Part shown: piece by piece, positions 23,053 through 32,197 of the stretch
Numbering within the stretch: the first letter of the stretch is position 1
Layout: each line of letters begins with the position of its first letter
Program-made: the position numbers and the translations under genes
NCBI RefSeq assembly: GCF_004010195.1
Contig: NC_057718.1
Location: forward strand, 72,005,271 to 72,039,892
Direction of reading: 5' to 3'
Source of the DNA: Chiloscyllium plagiosum
Lineage: Eukaryota
DNA: 34,622 nt
Notes under the pieces: model-generated
Told to the model about the DNA's origin: nothing
What the model saw: only the letters and a program-made list of their open reading frames with translations
The model's database searches: none

Positions 23053-26000
23053 CTTTCCAAATACATGTACAACCTGTCCCTGAGGATTCCCTCCAACAAC
23101 CTGCCCACCACTGAGGACAGGCTCACCGGTCTATAGTTCCCTGGCTTGTCTTTACCACCCTTCTTAAACAGTGGCACACGTTTGCCAACCTCCAGTCTTC
23201 TGGCACCTCACCTGAGACTATCGATGATATAAATATCTAAGCAAGAGTCCTGCAGTACTAAACCTGCAGACAATGACTATTCAAATATCAAAGCCAAAGA
23301 TTTCGTTATCTCCTCCCTAACTTCCCAGAGAATCCTCAGATAAATCCCATCCGGCCCAGGGGACCTGTCTACTTTCACTCCTTCTAGAATTGATAACACC
23401 TCTTTGGAACTAACCTCGATCCTTTCTAGTCTAATATCTCGTATTTCATTCTTCTCCTCTACAATATTCTCATTTTCCTGAGTGAAAACTGATGAGACAT
23501 GTTCGTTGAGCACCTCTCCGATCTCCACAGGGTCCACACTCAACTTCCCGCTTCTGTCTTTGACTGACCCTATTCCTACTCTAGTCATCCTTTTATTCCA
23601 CACATACCTATAGAAAGCTTTAGAGCTCTCCTTTATTCGACCTGCTAAAAACTGCTTATGTCCTTTATTTGCTCTTCTTAACTCTCTCTTTAAATCTTTC
23701 CTAGCTAATTTGTAACTCTCCATCGCTGCATCTGAACCATCTTGTCTCATCAACACATCAGCCTCCTTGTTCTGCTTAACAAGAGATACAATTTCTTTCA
23801 TAAACCACGGTTCCTTTACCTTATCACTTCCTCCCTGCCTGACAGGGAAATACCTATCAAGGACACGCAGTATCTGTTCCTTAAACCAGCTCCACATTTC
23901 CATTGTCTGCATCCCCTGCATTTTGCTACACCATTCTAGGCATCCTAATTCTTGCCTAATCGCATTATAATTGCCCTTGCCCCCTCAATAACTTTTGACC
24001 TGTGGCATTACCTATTCCTTTCTATCGCTAAACTAAACGTAACTGAATTATGGTCACTCTCTCCAAAGTGCTCACCTACAACTAAATCAAACACCTGGCC
24101 TGGTTCATTACCAAGCACCAAATCCAGTGTGGCCTCCTCTCTTGTCGGCCTTTCAACATACTGTTCCTTGCAGCTTGCAGAGAGTTTAACCCTTTCAGAT
24201 TCAGTCCGGATGCACATTTGCTTGTTGGTGATTGAATGTTGTGTTTTGTTGCCTGGAGTTCGAGATCGGGACTGTTTTGGATTTGATTTGCATTTTGGAA
24301 ATTTAACATGATTTCTTTTAAGGTTAAGGATCCTTCAATGATTATGAAATGAAATATTAACCCCCTTACAAACCATGACTGCCCTACTGTCAATTTCTAA
24401 CTAATCTCTTTTATCCTGACATGAAAGCCAACTTTATTCAATTTCAAAACAATTTAATACAGAGGAAGACAACATTGTAAACTTTTTTTTGTTTCAGACG
24501 CATTTGTTTTCACTTAATTTTAAGACTGCTGTGTTTCATTGGTGATAATAATGTACCAGTCATAGCTTTATTGAGGGAGTCCCCTCCATCAATGACAATT
24601 GAAGTTTCAGTTCAACATTCGGTTGTGATAAATCATGTAACAAAATTAACATCCTATGGTTAATATCTGTGTCTTTAGATTTGGCCATTATTCGTGCATT
24701 AGAAGTTTTTGTTACCATGTGAGTAGACAAGCCCTATTAAGGCAGCTGCAGTCACTTCACAACCTATAGTATTGTAAATGAGCAATGACTAGTCAGGACC
24801 GCTAAAGGAACCTAATCTTGGATTTAAATTAAAGGACTACAATTGTAATTATAGTGGATTTCAAAGTTGGAAAAGTTCTGAGGCAAAGTATAGAATTATA
24901 CATAAATACAGAAACATCAGGGATTAAGGCATTACATCTTCACATTTCAAATCTGAAACTCTGGCATTAGAGAAAGCACATAAAGTGTTCAATTGATACC
25001 AAATTTCCTATATCCACTTTATATTTCTATATACAGCAGCCTGATAATCACTGATAATTGTTGTTTTGCTAATTTCTGCAAAACATGTTGTTTTGCTAAT
25101 TTCTGAGTTATCTGTTTAGGGATATACAAAAAAAAGCTTGAAACATATCAACCTATTTTGTTTAATTTGGGCCAAGAAAGATACTGCTGAACTAAGGACT
25201 AGGTATGTGAGTTCAGACAGGAGGGTTAGGAAGGAAGAAACATTTAACTTATGTCTTATCACACAGATATAAAATTATGAGGTACCAAAATTAGCTGCCA
25301 GCCTATAGATTTACCTGTTGGTTTAATCAGAGAACTTCTAACAACTATTTACAAAGGGAGCATCAACAGCATCATAAACTAACTTTTGATCACAAAGAAA
25401 ATTCACTTGAGTTATTAGTGCCTGACTACTTATTACCTCTTTGAAAATGACAACAGTCAACAAAACAAGAAACAATACAATTATTAACTAATGATAAAAT
25501 AACGTATACAAGTTACAGAAAGGATCTAGAGATGCAAGTGGACTCTTACTTTTTAGAATTACTATACATATGTCAACATAGTAAAAATTGAGTTAACAGG
25601 TGTCAGAACAGCATCAATAATTTCACCAGTTCATGCAACAGTACCCTAAAGCCTGGATCTGTACACACCAATTTTACATTTCCACACCATACAGTTTAAC
25701 ATTAAAATAATATTGACAGCATTAAATAATTCAAAACTGTAACAAACCTACAATATTTGTTTGGAGAAGTCACAACTCAAGACATCTTAAAGTGTTTAAC
25801 TGTAATACTTGGTATTGCCTTAGTACAGACTTAGAGAGTGAAAGTTAACTTCAGCAGAGATGAAAAACGAACAATATCAAATTAACCACCAGCTGTACAC
25901 TCTGCCCAATTTGTTTCTTACAAAGTTGACCAAAGTTGAATTTTGCCCCATGCATTTCCAAATATCCTTTCTGCATATTTTTCAAAATAAAATGATCATT

Positions 26001-27326
26001 AAAGTTCCTTTTTAATCTTTTAGTCCACATCCAATTTAAAAATAAAAGGGCAAAAGGAACAGTTTAAGTTATGTCATTTCAAAACGTTAATTTACTTAAA
26101 AACAGCCTTAAGTGTTCTGAATGATGTGTCTTTGTCAAACTTTGTGAAACTGCCTTAACTATATTAGAACTATACCTGCAACTAGTTTATTTCACATGGG
26201 ACAGGCTTACAGCCATTCTCAAAGAGGGTGTTAATTTTGAAAAAAGAAATGCATAGCTTTAAAAGGAATTTGTTTTGTTGTATTTAGCAGCCATATTGTA
26301 TTAGCCCGAATCACAAAATCAAAATTAATTGGCAGGATCGTTGGTTTTATTCCTTTACCTGTCTCATTGCCTCATGGTTAATTTGAAGCATGGCTGCATT
26401 AATTTGTTGTTAACTATAGAATGGGAAGATACCTTACTGGCCAGTATAAGGAATTCTGCATGTGATTGTGGGATAGAGATATGTGTAGCAGATGCAACTC
26501 CCAAAAGCTGGGAGGTGACTGTGAATGGGTATATGAAAAATAAAACGGACATGAGAAACAGTGTGAGGCCACTAAGGTTGAGGAATATACAAATAGGGTT
26601 AAAGCAACAATGCTGTAAAATAAAGACTTAGGCTCGGGATTCTGAGTGGAATCTATGTCTGGCAATATGACCCTTTTTTTGAGAATGGGGGTTTTGTTCC
26701 TGGATACCCGCTGAGCCCCTAACATCTCCTGATTGTCCCCAGCACACCAGCCACTTATTACAAACCTCTCCTTCTTTTGAAAATGAAGCATCCAGTCTTC
26801 ATAGCCGATATCATGGTGATGAGTGGTCTGCACCATCCTAAACCAGGTCCCATCCCAGGAATTAGAGTAATGTTAATGAAGCATGCCCCTTACCGCAAGA
26901 CCAAACCTGCTCATTTTGCTCAATATGTCCAAGGGCGATACGAATATAAATGCAGTGAAATGCTGGGATTAGCCTGAAGACGAATGGCTTGTGTTACAGT
27001 ACTGAAAGATGTGACTCTCTCTTCGGAAGTGATATATAATTGAACAATAAACAAGAAGCTCAATTACCGTTATTTAACCCTATGCTTTTGCAATGTTTTC
27101 CAGCTGGAGTCACTGACATGATCCAGACCAACAATACAAACCAGTCCACGAGTTTCTAGTCACAAATGAGATGAGCGGTGGTTTTCTATTGGGATGGGCA
27201 GAACCATACTGAACCACAATGCAAGTTATAGGTAAAACAGATTATATCTAGTGCCCTCCCGATCCCAAATACCAAACGCCAGCCCTAATATGGTTGGTTG
27301 GAAACAGGATACCCACTAGAGGCGGA

Positions 27327-27447
27327 GGAGAAAGTGAGGTCTGCAGACGCTGGAGATCAAAGCTGAAACTTTATTGCTGGAACAGCACAGCAGGTCAGGC
27401 AGCATCTAGGGAACAGAAGATTCGACGTTTCGGGCACATGCCCTTCT
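27327..27447 (-). mobile_element. Short Penelope-derived insert (single arm)
   Basis: Perfect 14-bp TSD ccactagaggcgga (27313-27326 / 27448-27461). Truncated within the hammerhead core. Confidence 0.88.
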
Positions 27448-27682
27448 CCACTAGAGGCGGAACCTACCTCAGGTGCCCACCCGACAACCACTGCTGAGCA
27501 ACCTTTTCCTGAGGGGACCCTGAAAATGGGGATAGGCAGACCCCAGCATTTTACCTTTGAGACTGGGAACAAGACAGTAAAATCCCCCAGGGACAAATGG
27601 CTAGTCCTTGCTTTAACTTTTGTAATGTGGCCACTGGGGAGTGATGTGTCTTTAATGTTACCTTTGAGCTGACAAGGGGAAT

Positions 27683-28185
27683 CAACATGCTTTCGTCCTA
27701 GCAAAAGGAAAATCTACTAATATACACTGACTCTTCATTATGCTCTTAGTAGGATCCACAATTTTAGAGCCTTGTGGAAACATTGAAGATTTTTAATGCC
27801 CAAGGGGCAGCGTTATAGTACGGCTGTTTGTCCAATCAATCTGGCAACTATCAAGATGTTCGGCTCGTGCCAAGGAAACTGATACTGTTTCCAAAGTACT
27901 GGGCAAGTAGGTGCAGCTGCCAAGCAGGCAGCCTTACACCCCAAATTTCTCATGCCCAGCAAAACCTGGTCAGACACAGGATAAGAACGGGTATGCCAGA
28001 CCTGGGTAAGGTACAGAAATCACAGGGGAAGCCCCTGCAGAAGAGCACAAACTATGGACTCAAATAGGGTACTTTCTCGATACTCAAACCAGAATGTGGG
28101 TGACCCCTAGCGGAAAGGTTTGTGTTCCTTCTTTGCTGCTGCCTATTTTAATTGATTTTGTGTATTTTGCATACACATGGACAAT
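27683..28185 (+). pseudogene. pol: pol remnant: RNase H C-terminal half and integrase N-terminal region
   Basis: Across frameshifts: 'HAFVLAKGKSTNIYTDS.YALS.IHNF.ALWKH', 'LATIKCSAR..ETDTVSK', 'AAAKQAA', 'APAEEHKLW..IG...MWVTPSGKVCVP.LLL'. Confidence 0.85.
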
Positions 28186-28213
28186 GAGGAAACGGCTTAT
28201 ACTTAATTACAAT

Positions 28214-28580
28214 GATTAGATTAGATTATAATTTGGAGATGCCGGTGTTGGACTGGGGTGTACAAAGTTAAAAATCACACACACCAGGTTATAGTCCAAC
28301 AGGTTTAATTGGAAACACACTAGCTTTCAGAACGACGCTCCTTCATCAGGTGATTAGATTACTTAGTGTGGAAACAGGCCCTTCGGCCCAACAAGTCCAC
28401 ACCAACCCGCCGAAGCGCAACCCACCCAGACCCGTTCTCCTACATTTACCCCTTTACCTAACACTATGGGCAATTTAGCATGGCCAATTCACCTAACCTG
28501 CACATTTTTGGACTGTGGGAGGAAACTGGAGCACCCGGAGGAAACCCACGCAGACACGGGGAGAATGTGCAAACCCCACA
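28214..28580 (-). mobile_element. 5'-truncated SINE, tail interrupted by a Penelope insert; sits where the integrase core is missing
   Basis: Reverse-complement SINE body 28362-28580 and a (TTAGA)n tail at 28214-28228. Confidence 0.88.
28229..28351 (-). mobile_element. Second family of short Penelope-type insert with minimal hammerhead motif
   Basis: TSD gattagatta (28219-28228 / 28352-28361). Minus strand CAC-CTGATGA-A-GGAGC-gtc-GTTCT-GAAA-GC-TA-GTG. Confidence 0.7.
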
Positions 28581-28589
28581 CACCGCCCA

Positions 28590-28720
28590 GTGGACACTCT
28601 GCAGCCTCCAACCTCATTGGGAAGGACCCTTCCAGGTCCTCCTCATCACCTCAACTGCTGCTAAGGTCGCCGAACGTTCTGCCTGGGTTCATCTCCATCA
28701 TTGCAAGTTCATCAGACGAG
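28590..28720 (+). pseudogene. pol: Integrase C-terminal (GPY/F) domain
   Basis: 'LQPHWEGPFQVLLITSTAAKVAERSAWVHLHHCK' matches the gamma/epsilon-retroviral IN C-terminus pattern. Confidence 0.9.
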
Positions 28721-28728
28721 CCCCTTGC

Positions 28729-28746
28729 AAGGGGGGAGATGAAGAT
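28729..28746 (+). promoter_or_regulatory. Central polypurine tract (copy of the 3' PPT/LTR junction)
   Basis: AAGGGGGGAGATGAaGAT vs AAGGGGGGAGATGAgGAT at 30567-30584 (17/18). Confidence 0.6.
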
Positions 28747-30390
28747 GATCAAACTTGTCATTGTGGACTTGCCATTGCCAGCATTAGTGCACAAGAAGGG
28801 ACAGTTTACCTGTGCGATCCTGAGCAACCAGAGAGTCTGTATCAATTATGCCGAAAAAAATACCATTGCATGCCAAGAGACTGAACATTACCAAGGATGA
28901 CTGTTGCAGTGGTAAACTGCATCAAAGAGATTGAAAAGCTCATTTACAGAACAACTCTAAATGGTCTTTACCCTGTCAAGGTGTTGTGTGCCAGTTTGAT
29001 TTCAGTTGTACTATGGACGATCCTGGTAAGCCTTGCCCCCATTCAAATAGATCACGTCGCAAAAAAGAAGATAGGGAAATGTTACCTTTCACTAACAATT
29101 TGTTTCTCCAAAGTGACAATAGAATATTTGGCAGGGATGAAATGGTCTGTTATGTCCTGACTTCAGCAAAAGACTCTTTGACCTCTTTTCTCCTCTTGAA
29201 TCCTAACGAAGGAGTATGGATTGCTACTAAAGCGTTCACTGGACATAGCATTTCTTTTTATTATTACCTATCCCCACCTGCTAGATGCTAATGGACTTCT
29301 TCCAATAAGTCCAGAGTAGCCTATCCAAATTGTTGCAATGGTAAAGGATGAAGGTACTTATGTTAATGTGACCAAGAATATTCCCTGCTCAATGATTAAA
29401 TGTGCCAGTCACGACTGCTCCCCTATCGGACCTCGCATCTCATGCGTATGCTGCGGGGAAGTGTGTGTCTTGGTTATCGCTGGTATTCAGACCCTGTGTG
29501 GAATGGATAATAGCACCCACCTTCATTTTAAGACCACTATTGGCACCCCTAAGACCATAAGACATAGGAGTGGAAGTAAGGCCATTCGGCCCATCGAGTC
29601 CACTCCGCCATTTAATCATGGTTGATGGGCATTTCAACATCTTCCCAATTGCAGGATGGAAGGAACCATTCTGGGACAATAACCATATCTCTTTCCAGAA
29701 AACTCATCGCTTTCTATTGAACAGTTTTCATCCCAAGTGCTCAGGCCATGGACTATCCATATGTTCCAGGAGTTCACAAAGCCAGGCCCGCATCTTATTG
29801 GGAAGCTCCCTCCAGCATTTATACTAAACCTGGTTACTTTTTTTAAACCAAGGCAAAGCAACCAATTTCCTTGTCCTTAATGAAATAGGTACTCCCCGCG
29901 CTGTAACTGTAGGAACACTTTTTCCGACCACGGGTTCCTGTCCAATTACCTGGTAACAGGATTGGGATTTCTCTGTCAAGTGTTCAATCTCACCTGAGTT
30001 CTGCGCAAATTGGAAGAATTCAAAGGCTTTGAGCACCACTAAGGCTCATTCTCTGGGGTATGCATTTCTTAGGTTTTTTTCTGTAGGAGGATCTGCAGGA
30101 ATTATTAGCCATCAAAACCGAAATTATCCCATGCTTTCAGAATTGCACCTATTTTCCCTATGAAACCGGTACGTCCTCGATTACATACTTGCAAAGGAAG
30201 ATGGAGTTTGCGCCATAGTCAAAGGCAAATGCATTATGGGGGTCACTAACCTCATCGAGACACAGGATGGGGAGATTGGGTTTTCAGTTCATGGTACAAC
30301 TGGCTGATCAATATGATTATGTATGATGCTATTGTTTTAGTTGGTCTTTTTGATGGCATTGTTAAGCATATGATTGCAAAATATTAACTT
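28739..30390 (+). pseudogene. env: env remnant (signal peptide, Cys-rich leader, SU, TM with ISD, MPER and transmembrane segment)
   Basis: 'LSELHLFSL*NRYVLDYILAKEDGVCAIVKGKC' (30134-30232) is the immunosuppressive-domain/CX6C region. 'GWGDWVFSSWYNWLINMI...IVLVGLF' follows. Fusion-peptide-like 'SLGYAFLRFFSVGGSAGII'. Confidence 0.85.
29551..29638 (-). mobile_element. Short CR1 3' tail inserted in env
   Basis: AAGACCATAAGACATAGGAG...AGGCCATTCGGCCC, the same tail type as 5765. Confidence 0.75.
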
Positions 30391-30565
30391 CTATTGACAG
30401 CATCGGTTCTACCCAGAAAATGCTTCTTCTCCAATCAGATGAAGATAAGGAGGTGCCATTGCCTACCCCTACTTCCTTCCTGGTAGAGGAAGAAGTGTGG
30501 CAGTTTCTGGCTTCCATTCGATTGGACTTTATGCCCTCACATCCTATGTGTGGTTATGAAATGAC

Positions 30566-30577
30566 AAAGGGGGGAGA
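30566..30577 (+). promoter_or_regulatory. 3' polypurine tract
   Basis: AAAGGGGGGAGA immediately before the 3' LTR TG. Confidence 0.9.
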
Positions 30578-31167
30578 TGAGGATCTAAAATCTGGATTTA
30601 GGTTGTTGTCAGGAGCAACCATTTAATGCACGATTTCACTAACTACAAAATGGTGTCTGAATGTAAGTAACATAAAATAACATAACAAAATTGCTTCTAG
30701 GAGCAATGGCATCTAACTCTGCCGAAAAAATGCATTCCTGAACTAATTGAAAAAGATTAGCAAACAACGCTCAGTTCATAGTATGAATTAAATAAGCAAG
30801 ATATGACATTATTAAAATATCTAAGCTGGCCTTGCAGACACAGGTGGAGAGAGATAAAAACTTGCAAACAAGTCAGTTCCCAGGAAAAGTCATTGGCTTA
30901 ATTTCATGTCTTTTTATCATTTTATTTCATTTTATTGGATTAATTAAGATTGTTCTATTTGTTAAGAGACCTATAAAAGTTGCTTGAGTTTTAAGATTGT
31001 GTGCAGCTTTTCCAGAGTACACAGAGGTGCTTAACCCCTACGTTGCTGGATAACCTATGTCTGGCATCGTAATAAATTGTTAAAACTTGCTGAAACAGGC
31101 CAAGCTGCTCATGTTTATTTAACCAATCGTGGAACTGAGAGGCCCCTTTTGGGGGACCAGATCTTCA
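30578..31167 (+). repeat. 3' LTR (590 bp, uninterrupted)
   Basis: TGAGGATCT...AGATCTTCA terminal inverted repeat, TATA ~30971, AATAAA 31071. Confidence 0.93.
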
Positions 31168-31333
31168 CAACGGGTCTTTGATGATGTTGGCAGCCTTTAT
31201 GCGGCAATAAGCCATGTAAATAGAGGCCAAGGATGGAAAGTTGGCTTCCATGATAGTCTGAGCTGTGCACACCACTTTCTGTAGTTTCTTATGGTCCTGT
31301 GCAGGGTAGTCGCCACACTAGGCATTGCGTACC
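31168..31333 (-). mobile_element. Rex-Babar-type LINE (right part)
   Basis: Minus strand 'AQDHKKLQKVVHTAQTIMEANFPSLASIY...KAANIIKDP'. Confidence 0.85.
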
Positions 31334-31335
31334 TG

Positions 31336-31546
31336 GGAGAAAGTGAGGACTGCAGAAGTTAGAGAGTGAGTCAAAAAGTGTGGCACTGGAAAAGCACAAA
31401 AATTCAGACAGCAACCGAGAAGCAGGAAAATCGATGTTTCAAGCATAAGCCATTCATCAGGAATATGGAGGGGGAAAGAAGCTAAGAGACAGACAGGGAG
31501 GTGGGGGGGGGGGGGGGAGGGGGGGGGGGGGGGGGGGGGGGGGGAG

Positions 31547-31585
<39 letters not shown>

Positions 31586-32010
31586 AGAAGATAGCTGGGA
31601 AGGCAATAGGTGGATGCAGGTGGGAGGTAATAGTGATAGGGCAGTGAGGAGGTGGAGCAGATAGGTGGGAAGAAAGATGGACAGGTCAGAAATGTCAAGA
31701 GAGCGGTGCCAAGTTGGAGGGCTGCATCTAAGATGAGGTGGGAGGGGGAGGGAAGATTTGGAAACTAGTGAAGTCGATGCTGATGCAGTATGGTTGAATG
31801 GTCCCAAGGTGAAAGATGAGATGTTCTTCTCCAGTTGGCAGAGGGCTTTGATTTGGTGATGGAGGTGGCCCAGGACTTCAAAGAGTTTAAATGGTTGGCC
31901 ACAGGGCGATGAGGTTGTTTGGTGCATGTCCTCCAGAGATGTTCTCTGAAATGCTCCACAAGTTGGCACCCTGTCTCCACGATGCAGAAGAGACCGCATC
32001 AAGAGCAACA
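31336..32010 (-). mobile_element. Penelope-like element 3' fragment: GIY-YIG endonuclease remnant, pyrimidine-rich UTR and pLTR
   Basis: Minus strand 'CGLFCIVETGCQLVEHFREHL...PVANHLNS' (YIGET...RFxEH...VAxHFN pattern). 31336-31463 is homologous to the short inserts, with a decayed CTGATGA...GAAAC. Confidence 0.82.
31499..31584 (+). repeat. Poly-G tract (~85 nt, few interruptions)
   Basis: Directly visible. Confidence 0.9.
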
Positions 32011-32197
32011 GACATGGGGATCTGAGATGGCGCGATCTGAGAAGATCACACTGCAGAGCTTCAAATCGCAGCAGGAGCAGGGCGGTCCTTTAACGCACCC
32101 AAACCAGGTCATCAGGATTTCTTGGGGCATTAGAAAGATTGTGGAGCCCCAAGAAACATTTAAAAATTGACTTCCCTGTATTTTCAGCTGTCCAGAA

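Larger units (their letters stand above)
17572..23252 (-). mobile_element. CR1 family B, 5'-truncated, in pieces (17572-18066, 22371-23252)
   Basis: Reverse complement of 9365-10565. The sequence ccctttcaag|tttcacaacatc is split by family A. An internal deletion of ~0.3 kb lies at ~22434. Confidence 0.9.
16145..24163 (-). mobile_element. CR1 family C, 5'-truncated, in two pieces (16145-17571 and ~23253-24163)
   Basis: Minus-strand RT ORF 16542-17180 and EN/linker ORFs 23277-23921, 24008-24217. The reading breaks at the 'LSxGLV / WRIANV' motif, where family B is inserted. Confidence 0.88.
12625..31167 (+). mobile_element. Defective endogenous retrovirus (class I, epsilon/gamma-like pol), expanded by nested insertions
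   Basis: Two homologous LTRs, TG...CA ends, flanks cgat/caac (decayed CGAC TSD) splitting one Rex-Babar reading frame, PBS, PPT, and gag/pol/env remnants in the correct order. Confidence 0.9.

Noticed and set aside
24680..24726. Possible 40-nt micro-exon (tctttag...gtgagt) and other splice-like sites at ~24497 and ~25118-25202
   Set aside because: No recognisable protein and no consistent exon chain; such motifs are common by chance.
26329..26670. Ig-like 'DS-GIY' motif after ORF 26329-26631
   Set aside because: It needs a stop read-through and a frameshift and lacks the canonical Cys; kept only as part of the unassigned cargo.
31318..32008. Poly-proline ORFs on the minus strand
   Set aside because: Translation of the poly-G tract inside a Penelope UTR, not a gene.
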